A stretch of 64,000 nucleotides of DNA, taken from the NCBI GenBank assembly GCA_946627565.1, contig CAMOVR010000002.1, positions 16,854 to 80,853 of the forward strand, read 5' to 3'. The translations under genes and the position numbers were made by a program. This stretch comes from an uncultured Clostridia bacterium (GTDB taxonomy: Bacteria; Bacillota; Clostridia; Christensenellales; Aristaeellaceae). Below the pieces are notes generated by a model, which did not search any database, had not been told where the DNA came from, and saw only the letters and a list, made by a program, of their open reading frames with translations. This document shows positions 44,739-54,118 of the stretch, one piece after another; the first letter of the stretch is position 1; each line of letters begins with the position of its first letter.

Positions 44739-46394
44739 ATGCGGACAGACCAGATTGTAACAGGCAGTGCAAAAGGACCGGGGGATGGCTTCCTGCTGGG
44801 AAACGGACACTTTCAGGCATATGTCAGGATGGATGCAGGGGAGGATGTCATTCTTCTGCGGCATGTGGGATTTGTGGGGAATCAGGCATCTTTCTGTGAA
44901 GAGGAAGCCTGCCGCCTGATCCTGCGTCAGGACCTTAAGGAGGTTAACACCTGTGAGCGGTCCATGAACCTGCGGGACGGGATTGCGGCATGCAGCCTGT
45001 TTTATGAAAACCAGGCAGGGCCCGGGGTGCAGCTCCGGTCTGTTTACTGCATGGAGGATCCCAAAATCCTCTGCATACATATCAGTGACCCTTCCGGCAT
45101 GGTCCTTGAGGCAGAGATGGCAGGCAGTCTCCTGACAAAGACGGGCGCCGGCTTTGACCGGATCTTTTTTGAGGGCCGCACCGGGGAAACATGCAATCTC
45201 CTGGGCATTGTCTTTGCCGTCTCAGACGGAAACGTGGAAAGCAGCGGGGGAAAGCTTACGATCCGGGGAACAGAAGTCATGCTGTTTCTGGCCATGGATA
45301 CGGATTATGCCCCGGATCCCCGGGAGGAAGCCGGGGACAGGTGGCGGGAAATCCTCAAAAAGTGCGTGGACACGGAGATTGAAAAGGCCGTGCATGGGTA
45401 TCTGGGGGGAAAGCTCCGGGAGGCAAAGGCCTTTACGGAACCGGTATCCATACAGGGAGAGGATCCGGTGAGCCGGCAGGTGACCTTTGCATCCTGCCTT
45501 GTGCGCCAGCTTTATTCACACCGCAGCCCCCTGCCGCCCCTGTTCTGGGACAGAAAGACGGAAGGACAGGCGGAAAGAAGCGCCCTTATGCTCCATGCCG
45601 CCCTTATGCTGGGCATGGAAAAGCTGCCGGAGGCATGCATGCATTTTCTGCGCTTCAGAATGATCGGGCAGCCTTCCGGCCCCGTGAGTGCATACGGTAC
45701 GGTGCTTAAGGAGGATACCGCCTTCCCTTATGTATGGACGCTGCCGCTGCTGGAAAAGGGCTGCATCCTCCCCGGGATGCTCCCCCTGCTCTGGCCCCTC
45801 AGGGAGGCGGCGGACAGGGATGCAGGGGAATGTGCTTCCGAATGTGCTTCCGTGAGAATCTGGAAGCAGATGTACGATGAAGCCCTGCGGGAAGATGACG
45901 GCGGAGCTGTCATGACCCCGCCGGATGCATATATCCCCCTGTGCCTTGAGAAGATGCCGGACACACCGGTTTTCCGGGCCCTGGGCCTGGCGCTTCAGGG
46001 CAGGGGAGACGAGGCCTTCTCTGTGCTTCAGACAGTTTCCCTGTCGGATACCTGTCTGGTTAAGGACGGGGAAGAGACGGACCTGTGCGGCACCCTTGCG
46101 TATGCCCTGGCAGTGGTTTCCTTCCTGGTCCGGCATACGCCGGACGGTCTGTGCCTGCTCCCGGCCCTTCCCGGGGCCTGGGAGAGCGGATGCCTCCGGG
46201 AAATCCGGATGGGTCCCTGGCAGATCCGTGAACTGAGCTGGGAACACGGGCGTCCCTGCCTTCTTTCCCTGACGGGCCGGGGTGGGGAGAAAATCACCCT
46301 GCATATGAAGGACAGAACAGAACCTCTGACGCTGCCGGAAAACGGACAGCTGGTGCACAGGTTTGGGGAGGAAGAGCTGCATGAAAACAAGTGA
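44739..46394 (+). CDS. short GH95-like glycoside-hydrolase-like protein
   Basis: ATG at 44739 after AAGGAG. The N-terminal FLLGNGHFQAYV.. and C-terminal LCLLPALPGAWESGCLREIRMGPWQIRELSWEHG resemble the ends of GH95 enzymes. At 551 aa it is much shorter than typical members. Confidence 0.45.
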   Translation: MRTDQIVTGSAKGPGDGFLLGNGHFQAYVRMDAGEDVILLRHVGFVGNQASFCEEEACRLILRQDLKEVNTCERSMNLRDGIAACSLFYENQAGPGVQLRSVYCMEDPKILCIHISDPSGMVLEAEMAGSLLTKTGAGFDRIFFEGRTGETCNLLGIVFAVSDGNVESSGGKLTIRGTEVMLFLAMDTDYAPDPREEAGDRWREILKKCVDTEIEKAVHGYLGGKLREAKAFTEPVSIQGEDPVSRQVTFASCLVRQLYSHRSPLPPLFWDRKTEGQAERSALMLHAALMLGMEKLPEACMHFLRFRMIGQPSGPVSAYGTVLKEDTAFPYVWTLPLLEKGCILPGMLPLLWPLREAADRDAGECASECASVRIWKQMYDEALREDDGGAVMTPPDAYIPLCLEKMPDTPVFRALGLALQGRGDEAFSVLQTVSLSDTCLVKDGEETDLCGTLAYALAVVSFLVRHTPDGLCLLPALPGAWESGCLREIRMGPWQIRELSWEHGRPCLLSLTGRGGEKITLHMKDRTEPLTLPENGQLVHRFGEEELHENK

Positions 46395-48624
46395 GATCAA
46401 CATCCGTGACCCGTTTGTTCTGACGGATGACGGCAGGTACTATCTCTACGGCACCCGGGGCGCCACCTGCTGGGGCCCTGCGGACGGTTTTGATGTCTAT
46501 GTCAGCACCGATCTGGAAAACTGGGAGGGCCCTGCCGTCTGTTTTGAAAACAGGGGGGACTTCTGGGCGGACCGGAATTACTGGGCACCGGAGGTGCACA
46601 GGTGGCATGGCGCATACTACATGTTTGCCTCCTTCAAAAGCGAAGACAGGTGCCGGGGCACCGCCATTTTGCGCAGCGAAAGCCCCATGGGCCCCTTTGT
46701 GCCGCATTCGGATAAGACCGTTACCCCGCAGGACTGGGAGTGTCTTGACGGCACCTTCTATGTCTCCCAAAGGGGCGAGCCCTACATGGTTTTCTGCCAT
46801 GAGTGGGTACAGGCCGGGGACGGGGAAGTCCGGGCCGTGCGTCTTTCTGAGGATCTGAAAAAGGCTGTGGGAGAACCCCGCCTGCTTTTCCGGGCATCCC
46901 AGGCACCCTGGACGAAATGGCTGACCCACTCCAGCGGAAAGCGGGGCTGCGTGACAGACGGGCCCTTCATGTGGCGGGGAAGCCGGGGCGAGCTGTTCTG
47001 TCTGTGGGCCAGTTTTTCTGAGACGGGCTACACACAGGGCCTGGCGGTCTCCGACAACGGGGAGATCGACGGGAACTTTACCCAGCTGCCGCCCCTGTTT
47101 GACCGGGACGGCGGACACGGCATGGTGTTTCAGGACCTGAAGGGTCATCTGTACCTGACACTGCATGCCCCCAATACGCATCTGTGTGAGCACCCGGTCT
47201 TCATTCCCCTTATGGAGAAGGACGGGCGGCCCCGGACCATGGCGCATGAGAAGCCGGCATGGCTTCAGGATATGAATTTTGAAATAACGCCTCCCAGGGT
47301 CCCGGTTATCCCGTCCCCTGTCCTGACACCGGAGGAGATGGGGTATACGGGTGATGGAAAAGCCACGGCATATATCCAGGCTGCCATGGACCGGCTGGGG
47401 GAAACGGGCGGCGGTACGCTGCTTCTGGCCGGGGGCACCTATGTGTCCGGCACCCTGGTTTTCCGCTCCCATGTGCGGCTTAAGGTGGAGGAAGGCAGCT
47501 GTCTTACGGGCTCCCTGGACCTTCAGGATTATCCGGAACATCACGCCCGCCGCCTTACGGTGCAGGATACCAGCATGGGCATGCACCAGTCCCTGATCTT
47601 TGCAGAGGGCTGCGAGGACATTGAACTGTGCGGCCCGGGGGAGATCTCGGGGCGCGGCACCCAGGAGCATTTCCCCGGGGAGGAGACATGTCAGGGAACG
47701 CCGGGCCGGCCTTTCGTCATCCGGATGATTGACTGCTCCGGGGTGAAGGTCCACGGGATCACCCTCCGGGACAGCCCCTGCTGGATGCAGAACTATCTGA
47801 ACTGCGAGGACATGTGCCTGGAAAAGGTACAGGTATTCAGCCAGGTGAATTACAACAACGACGGTCTGGATATCGACAGCTGCCGGCGGGTATGGGTCCA
47901 TGACTGTGTCATCCGCTCCGGGGATGACGGCATCTGTTTCAAGGGCGCCGGGGAAAGGGACTGCGAGGATGTGCTGGTGGAGAACTGCGACATCCTGTCT
48001 TCCTGCAATGCCGTCAAAATCGGGACGGACACCCAGGGAAACTTCCGGCGCATCCTGGTGAGAAACTGCAGCATCGGGGGCGTTGAAACGGATCCCTCCG
48101 GCCTCAAGCATCCCTGGGCGGACAGCGGCATTTCCCTTGAGATGATGGACGGCGGCGAGGTGGACGGGATCTGCTTTCGGGACCTGACCATCCGCCGGGT
48201 ATGGAGTCCCTTCTTTATCCGCCTTGAGAACCGGGGACGGGTCAGGCCCACGGATCCGGCGCCGGGGCCCGGACATCTTCAGCATGTCCTCATGGAAAAC
48301 ATCCGGGCGGAGGAAACCGGCCCCAGGGGATCCTATTTCCTGGGCTCCCCGGAGCAGGCAGCAGAGCATATATACATGAAAAACATCTCCGTCACCCAGC
48401 TTCCCAGCACAAAACCGGTGCTCCGGGATGAGGACATCGGCAGGATGAAGGATGTCTATCCGGATGCCCATATGATCGATTCCATGGGGGACAGCCCGGC
48501 CCGGGTGCTCTGGGCCCGGCACATCCATGACCTGACCCTTGACGGGGTCAGGATGGACAGCACCGGGGAGGACAGAAGACCCGACTTTGTGTGCAGCCGG
48601 GACGTTTCCATGACGGTGCTGTGA
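46381..48624 (+). CDS. bifunctional-looking glycoside hydrolase: N-terminal GH43 beta-propeller + C-terminal GH28-like beta-helix
   Basis: ATG at 46381 overlaps the previous stop. GH43 motifs: IRDPFVLTDDGRYYLYGT, YWAPEVHRWHGAYYMFAS. GH28 motifs: IQAAMDRLGETGGGTLLLAGGTYVSG, NNDGLDIDSC, RSGDDGICFK. Confidence 0.8.
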   Translation: MKTSEINIRDPFVLTDDGRYYLYGTRGATCWGPADGFDVYVSTDLENWEGPAVCFENRGDFWADRNYWAPEVHRWHGAYYMFASFKSEDRCRGTAILRSESPMGPFVPHSDKTVTPQDWECLDGTFYVSQRGEPYMVFCHEWVQAGDGEVRAVRLSEDLKKAVGEPRLLFRASQAPWTKWLTHSSGKRGCVTDGPFMWRGSRGELFCLWASFSETGYTQGLAVSDNGEIDGNFTQLPPLFDRDGGHGMVFQDLKGHLYLTLHAPNTHLCEHPVFIPLMEKDGRPRTMAHEKPAWLQDMNFEITPPRVPVIPSPVLTPEEMGYTGDGKATAYIQAAMDRLGETGGGTLLLAGGTYVSGTLVFRSHVRLKVEEGSCLTGSLDLQDYPEHHARRLTVQDTSMGMHQSLIFAEGCEDIELCGPGEISGRGTQEHFPGEETCQGTPGRPFVIRMIDCSGVKVHGITLRDSPCWMQNYLNCEDMCLEKVQVFSQVNYNNDGLDIDSCRRVWVHDCVIRSGDDGICFKGAGERDCEDVLVENCDILSSCNAVKIGTDTQGNFRRILVRNCSIGGVETDPSGLKHPWADSGISLEMMDGGEVDGICFRDLTIRRVWSPFFIRLENRGRVRPTDPAPGPGHLQHVLMENIRAEETGPRGSYFLGSPEQAAEHIYMKNISVTQLPSTKPVLRDEDIGRMKDVYPDAHMIDSMGDSPARVLWARHIHDLTLDGVRMDSTGEDRRPDFVCSRDVSMTVL

Positions 48625-48661
48625 GAGCAATATAAACAGAAGAAAAAAGGAGACATAAAAA

Positions 48662-49747
48662 ATGCACAGGGAACTGCTTGTGGATTTTCTGAATACGGTC
48701 ACCGTCAGCGGATGCGAGGAGGCAGGGCAGGAGAAGGCGCTGGCATACGGACGCGGCTTTGCCCATGAACAGCGCACCGACCCGGTGGGCAATGCTGTGT
48801 CCATTGTCAACCCGGAAGCGCCTTTCAAAGTGCTGCTGTCGGGACACATGGATGAGATCGGGTTCCGGGTCACCCACATCGGGGATGACGGCATGGTGCA
48901 CGTACAGAAGGCCGGCGGCGTACGCCCCGGTCTGTATGTGGGCGCGCCCATGCAGGTGATCCATGAGATCCGTGAAGGGGAGAAGATCACGCGCTGCAGG
49001 GTCTGCGGCGTGGGGGTTATCACGGATGAGTTACTGAAAAACACGGAGGTCAAAGACCGGGATCTGCTGATTGACATCGGGGCAGAGAACCGGGAGAGCG
49101 CGGAAAAAGCGGTTTCCGTGGGGGACCCTGTCTGTGCGGACACACAGGTAAGGGAGCTGCTTGGGAACAACTTCACCTGCAGGGCACTGGACGACAAAAC
49201 CGGCGCCTTTGTCATCCTGGAGGCGGCCCGCCGGGCGGCGGAGCAGAATGTTCACTGCGGCGTGTATGCCCATACCTCCGTGGGCGAGGAGACCACGGGC
49301 CGGGGTGCCTGGATGGCAGCTACCTCGGTGCGGCCGGACTGTGCGATTGTGGTGGATGTGACCTGGGCCAGCGACTGTCCGGGCACAGACCCGGGAACCA
49401 CGGGGCAGATCCGTCTGGGCAAAGGCCCGGTGCTGTGCCTCAGCGGCATGGTCAACAAGGCCATGAACCGGATGCTGGAGGAGACTGCCCGGGAAATGGA
49501 GATTCCCGTCCAGTACGAGGTGGCAGGCGGACATACCTCCACCGACGGGGATGTCATGCTCATGACCGGGGAGGGTGTCCCGGTGGCTCTGGTGTCCATC
49601 CCGCTCAGGTACATGCATTCCTCCGTGGAGGTGGCCAACTGGCAGGACCTGGAGAACGCCATACAGCTGATTGCGGGTTTCGTTAAAAAGGCGGAGGGGG
49701 CTGCTAAAGACGGGTCTCTGGATTTCAGGCCGGTCAGGGCAGAGTAA
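48662..49747 (+). CDS. M42-family metallopeptidase (glutamyl aminopeptidase / 'CelM' type)
   Basis: 361 aa. SGHMDEIGF.., ..ALDDKTGAFV.., ..VGEETTGRGA.. and the C-terminal IPLRYMHSSVE are conserved M42 metal-site contexts. Confidence 0.88.
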   Translation: MHRELLVDFLNTVTVSGCEEAGQEKALAYGRGFAHEQRTDPVGNAVSIVNPEAPFKVLLSGHMDEIGFRVTHIGDDGMVHVQKAGGVRPGLYVGAPMQVIHEIREGEKITRCRVCGVGVITDELLKNTEVKDRDLLIDIGAENRESAEKAVSVGDPVCADTQVRELLGNNFTCRALDDKTGAFVILEAARRAAEQNVHCGVYAHTSVGEETTGRGAWMAATSVRPDCAIVVDVTWASDCPGTDPGTTGQIRLGKGPVLCLSGMVNKAMNRMLEETAREMEIPVQYEVAGGHTSTDGDVMLMTGEGVPVALVSIPLRYMHSSVEVANWQDLENAIQLIAGFVKKAEGAAKDGSLDFRPVRAE

Positions 49748-49769
49748 AGATGTGCAGGAGGACAGGGAT

Positions 49770-50297
49770 ATGTCGGAAGAGGAAAAACGGCAGCACAGGT
49801 GCTGCTTTTCCGGCCACAGGCAGGAAAAACTGAAGACAGACCCTGAACGGGTGCTTGCGTGGCTGGATGAAAGGATTGAGGAGGCTGTCCGGGAAGGTTT
49901 TGTGACCTTCATCACCGGCATGGGCATGGGGGTGGACCTGTGGGCCGCGGAAACGGTGCTTGAAAAGAAAAAGGTGTATCCCTTTGTCCGCCTCATTGCC
50001 GCAGCGCCCTATCCCGGCTTTTCCCGCCGCTGGAGCGAGGCATGGAAGGCCAGGTATGAAAAGGTATGGCAGGAGGCAGACCTTACGGTGTATGTGAGAC
50101 CTGCCTTTGAAAATACTGCCTTTCAGCAGCGCAATGAATGGATAGTACGTCACAGCCGCCGGCTCATCGCCTTTTATAACGGTGACCCGGGCGGTACGGA
50201 TGACATGATCCGCTATGCCAGGGAGCAGGGGATTGAGACCATGGTATATGCGGAGAAGGAAGAGACAGAAGATAAAGAAGGGGGCAATGCGCTATGA
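49770..50297 (+). CDS. SLOG-fold protein, DUF1273/YpsA family
   Basis: ATG at 49770 after AGGAGG. CCFSGHRQEKL..FITGMGMGVDLWAAETVLE..RLIAAAPYPGF..RRLIAFYNGDPGGT follows the B. subtilis YpsA pattern. Confidence 0.8.
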   Translation: MSEEEKRQHRCCFSGHRQEKLKTDPERVLAWLDERIEEAVREGFVTFITGMGMGVDLWAAETVLEKKKVYPFVRLIAAAPYPGFSRRWSEAWKARYEKVWQEADLTVYVRPAFENTAFQQRNEWIVRHSRRLIAFYNGDPGGTDDMIRYAREQGIETMVYAEKEETEDKEGGNAL

Positions 50298-51385
50298 CAT
50301 ATCTTTCACCGGCCGCACTTGACACAGCCTGCATCCTGGGCCGTACTCCCTGCGAGAAACACGGGGAGGAAACATGGCTGCACCTGTACTGGACAGGCAG
50401 CGGTCTGGATTTTGTGTTTCAGGGACAGGACCTGGAAATCGGCCTGCAGGCTGACTGGGCCGTTTTTGCACCCTATGTGAGCGTGGAAGTGGACGGCGCA
50501 TGGATTGCGCGCTTCCCCCTTTCCCCCGGCAGCTTCCGTCTTCCTCTTTTTTCTCATGTGGACCCGGCTGCGGCGCACCGCGTGCGGATCCTGAAGGATA
50601 CCCAGCCCATGCAGGACGATCCCAGACACGGGCTGTGGATCACGGGGCTGTATGCGGAGGGAACCGTGACGCCCCCCGGGCGGCGGAAGCTGTGCCTTGA
50701 GTTTGTGGGGGACAGCATCACCACCGGGGAGGGCTCCATAGGGGCAAACATGGAGATGGACTGGATCCCGGCCTGGTGCACGGCAAAGAACGCCTTCCCC
50801 TGCATGACGGCAGATGCCCTTGGGGCGGACTTCCGTATCGTTTCCCAGAGCGGCTGGGGCATACGCAGCGCCTGGGACAACAATCCAAACAATGCCATTC
50901 CCCGGATCTACGACATGGTCTGCGGTCCCCAGGGAAACACGGAACCCTATGATTTCACTGCCAGGCCCGCAGACGCGGTCATCATCAACCTGGGAACCAA
51001 TGACAACGGCGCCTTCTCCCAGCCCCCGTGGCGGAATCCGGAAACCGGGGAGGAATTTGCCGAGCGCATGCAGGACGGAAAGCCGGACCCTGCATGTGTA
51101 CGTGCAATCCTGGAGGATCAGGCCCGCTTTCTCAGGCAGGTCCGGTCAAAGAACCCGGATGCCCACATCATCTGGTGCCTTGGGATGATCCCCGGGGACC
51201 TGACGGAGGCACTGAAGCAGGGGACGGAGGAATTCGCCCGCACGGACAGTCGTGTGCATTTTGTGTATCTTCCGCCTGTCACAGAGGAGACCATGGGGGC
51301 CCGGCAGCATCCCGGCAGGGGCTGTCACATGCAGGCAGCTAAAGTGCTTGCAGACAAACTGGAAGCAATCTTCGGAAAGGCATGA
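50294..51385 (+). CDS. SGNH/GDSL hydrolase with N-terminal beta-sandwich (CE2-like acetylesterase architecture)
   Basis: 363 aa. Block I FVGDSITTGEG, block III NLGTNDN, and C-terminal His context RQHPGRGCH. ATGA overlap with the SLOG gene. Confidence 0.8.
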   Translation: MTYLSPAALDTACILGRTPCEKHGEETWLHLYWTGSGLDFVFQGQDLEIGLQADWAVFAPYVSVEVDGAWIARFPLSPGSFRLPLFSHVDPAAAHRVRILKDTQPMQDDPRHGLWITGLYAEGTVTPPGRRKLCLEFVGDSITTGEGSIGANMEMDWIPAWCTAKNAFPCMTADALGADFRIVSQSGWGIRSAWDNNPNNAIPRIYDMVCGPQGNTEPYDFTARPADAVIINLGTNDNGAFSQPPWRNPETGEEFAERMQDGKPDPACVRAILEDQARFLRQVRSKNPDAHIIWCLGMIPGDLTEALKQGTEEFARTDSRVHFVYLPPVTEETMGARQHPGRGCHMQAAKVLADKLEAIFGKA

Positions 51386-51388
51386 GCC

Positions 51389-52561
51389 ATGGCATACTTT
51401 GACAACAGAAAAAAACGGGAGAAGGTGCAGGGGAGCGCATGCAATCAGGACAAAGCCATGCTGGTCCGGGCGTTTCACGCATCCCTGCCGGGCTATAAAC
51501 CAACGCGCCTTCAGGACATGCAGGCCCTGGCCCGGCATCTTGGGCTTGGAAGCATCCGCATCAAGGATGAAGACAGCCGCTTCGGCCTCCATGCCTTCAA
51601 GAGCCTGGGAGGCCTGTGGTGCGCGGCCAGATGTCTGCAGGAAAAGCTGGGTCTGCCGTCCCCTCTGACATATGAGGCCATACAGGCGGTCCCGGAACAG
51701 GTCCGGGCCGACATGACCTTTGCCACCGCCACCGACGGCAATCACGGCAGGGGTGTTGCCTTTGCCGCCCGCATGTTCGGGACAAAGGCCGTGGTTTTCA
51801 TGCCATCGGGCAGCGCGGAGGACCGGGTGGAAAACATCCGCCGGGAAGGCGCCCGGGTCTGCGTTACGGACATGGATTACGATGCCACGGTGCGCCTGGC
51901 AGCGGAGGAAGCGGAAAAGAACGGCTGGATGCTCATGCAGGACACCACGGACAGGGAAGAAGACCGGGTTTGCGGGACCATCATGGAGGGATATCTCACG
52001 CTGGGGGCAGAGATTCTGGAAGAGATGGACAAAACGCCCACCCATATCTTTCTGCAGGCCGGGGTGGGCACCATGGCCGCAGCCCTGTGCGCCTTTTTCC
52101 GCAGCTGCTGCGGGGAAGAGCCGGTTATTTCCGTGGTGGAGGCGGAGGCAGCCGACTGCCTGTATCAGACAGCGCGGCACGGGGACGGCAGGATGTACCG
52201 GACAGAGGGAAACATGCAGACCATGATGGCAGGCCTGTGCTGCGGGGAACCGTGCTGCATGGCACAGCGCATGCTGGAAAAGCAGGCGGATTTCTATCTG
52301 ACCTCAGGGGATGATGCTTCCAGGCTGGGCATGCGAACGCTGGCAGCTCCCATGGAGGGGGACCCGGTGATTATCTCCGGGGAAAGCGGGGCTGTCACCA
52401 CGGGACTGCTTGTTAAGATCATGCAGGAGGAACATCTTCAGGATCTGCGCATGGCCCTGGGACTGAATGAAGAATCCCGGGTCCTGCTCATCTCAACCGA
52501 GGGAGCCACAGACCGGGAAAATTACAAGAAGATAACAGAAGGTACCGGCATACGTATCTGA
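51389..52561 (+). CDS. dpaL: diaminopropionate ammonia-lyase (PLP-dependent)
   Basis: 390 aa, colinear with E. coli YgeX: KDEDSRFGLHAFKSLGG (PLP-Lys), FATATDGNHGRGVAFAA, ISGESGAVTTG, ISTEGATD. Confidence 0.9.
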   Translation: MAYFDNRKKREKVQGSACNQDKAMLVRAFHASLPGYKPTRLQDMQALARHLGLGSIRIKDEDSRFGLHAFKSLGGLWCAARCLQEKLGLPSPLTYEAIQAVPEQVRADMTFATATDGNHGRGVAFAARMFGTKAVVFMPSGSAEDRVENIRREGARVCVTDMDYDATVRLAAEEAEKNGWMLMQDTTDREEDRVCGTIMEGYLTLGAEILEEMDKTPTHIFLQAGVGTMAAALCAFFRSCCGEEPVISVVEAEAADCLYQTARHGDGRMYRTEGNMQTMMAGLCCGEPCCMAQRMLEKQADFYLTSGDDASRLGMRTLAAPMEGDPVIISGESGAVTTGLLVKIMQEEHLQDLRMALGLNEESRVLLISTEGATDRENYKKITEGTGIRI

Positions 52562-52619
52562 AGCCGCAAATCAGCACGGCCCGGGCGAAGGCAGAAGGAC
52601 AGACAAGGAGAAGACAGGC

Positions 52620-54053
52620 ATGGAAACCCGTTTTGTCACAGACAACGAACAGCTGCAGCACCTGTATGACACCTGCCTTGAAAAGTGCAGGCAGAACCTG
52701 AATATGTTCGGGCCCTGCCGTGTTCTGGTGGAAGGCGGCGGCTATGAGAAGATCTGGCTTGAGACACAGCCCATGGGCGGGGAAATGTTTGCCGCCTATG
52801 ACATGGAGGCCGCCCTGAACAATTCAAGGCTTTTTCTGCTCAATCAGCGTTCAGACGGGCGCATGCCCGGTTCCATCCGCCTTGCGGAGGACGGCAGTGT
52901 GGTACCGGAATTCAACAAGTTCCAGGGCTTCTGCTTCCCCTGGCATGCCCTGAACATGTATTATCTGACGGACCGGGATCCGGCTTTCCTTTCCCTGCTG
53001 AAGACGGGTCTGGAAGGCATGTACGAGTACCTCCGCACATTCCGTATGAATCCTGAAAACGGCGCCTTCCAGAGCTTCTGCGTATATGACACGGGGGAGG
53101 ACAATGCCCTGCGGTACGGGGACAGTCCCTGCTACTGGACAGAGGACAGGGCACCGGAAGGCTTCCGGGTAGTCCCCATGCAGAGCATGGATGTGACCAG
53201 CTGGGCATACGCTGCAGCGGACACTCTGCGGGAGATCGGACAGATCCGGGGAAGGGAAGACCAGGCGGAAATATGGCAGGAGAGGGCATCCCATATCCTT
53301 AAGACCCTGAGGCGGGTCTTCTGGGACGAAGAGAAGGGTGCCGCCTTTGACCGGGACCGGCAGGGCCGCACGCTGCCGCAGCTGGTGCACAACAATCTGC
53401 GCTGCATGTACTGGGGAAGCTTTGAACCTGACATGGCACAGACTTTTGTAAAGCGGCATCTGCTGAAACCGGAGGAATTCTGGACACCCATGCCCCTGCC
53501 TTCCGTGGCGGTTTCTGATCCGGATTTCCGGAATGCCCCTGAGAACAACTGGTCCGGGCAGTGCGAGGGACTCACCTTTCAGCGGGCCATTCTGGCACTG
53601 GAAAGGTACGGCATGTACGGTACCGTGACGGAGATCGGGAACCGGTTTCTGTCTGCCCTGATCCGGGGAGGGTACCGCTACACCCAGCAGTTTGATCCCT
53701 TTACGGGGGAACCCAGCCGGGTGGGCCTCATGAGCCATATGCCCCTTAAGGAAGGCGACAGCGAACCCTTCCAGGACGCCTACGGCCCCACCATGCTGGC
53801 GGCACTGGAATACCTTTCCCACCGGGAAGGCCTGGATATGGAGCGGGAGGAGCTTGTATGCTCTGCCGTCCGCGGGGAAACCTTTACATATGAGCGGGAG
53901 GGCATGGGACACAGCTTCCTGCTGCAAAGCGACGGGGAGGAAGCCGTCCTGTACATGGACGGGGTCAGGCAGGCCGCGTTCCCTGCGGGGAACCGTCTTA
54001 TGTTTTATCCCCGGGAGAAGGAAATATGCGCCGTGTGCTCCCTGGAGGGCTGA
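52620..54053 (+). CDS. putative (alpha/alpha)6-barrel glycoside-hydrolase-like protein (GH63/trehalase-clan-like)
   Basis: 477 aa. The acidic loop VYDTGEDNALRYGD resembles the (D/E)(S/T)G.D(N/D)S.R motif of that clan. The assignment is tentative. Confidence 0.45.
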   Translation: METRFVTDNEQLQHLYDTCLEKCRQNLNMFGPCRVLVEGGGYEKIWLETQPMGGEMFAAYDMEAALNNSRLFLLNQRSDGRMPGSIRLAEDGSVVPEFNKFQGFCFPWHALNMYYLTDRDPAFLSLLKTGLEGMYEYLRTFRMNPENGAFQSFCVYDTGEDNALRYGDSPCYWTEDRAPEGFRVVPMQSMDVTSWAYAAADTLREIGQIRGREDQAEIWQERASHILKTLRRVFWDEEKGAAFDRDRQGRTLPQLVHNNLRCMYWGSFEPDMAQTFVKRHLLKPEEFWTPMPLPSVAVSDPDFRNAPENNWSGQCEGLTFQRAILALERYGMYGTVTEIGNRFLSALIRGGYRYTQQFDPFTGEPSRVGLMSHMPLKEGDSEPFQDAYGPTMLAALEYLSHREGLDMEREELVCSAVRGETFTYEREGMGHSFLLQSDGEEAVLYMDGVRQAAFPAGNRLMFYPREKEICAVCSLEG

Positions 54054-54118
54054 ACATAAGATACGGGGCATGACAAAACATATTGCCGCGGGATCTCTTC
54101 CTCGGCATGGAGGGCAGG

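Noticed and set aside
46294-49215. 973-aa minus-strand ORF
   Set aside because: It is entirely antisense to the GH43-GH28 and M42 genes, which have clear family motifs. Its composition is low-information (P/G/R/H/A-rich) and it has no RBS. It is a GC-driven open frame.
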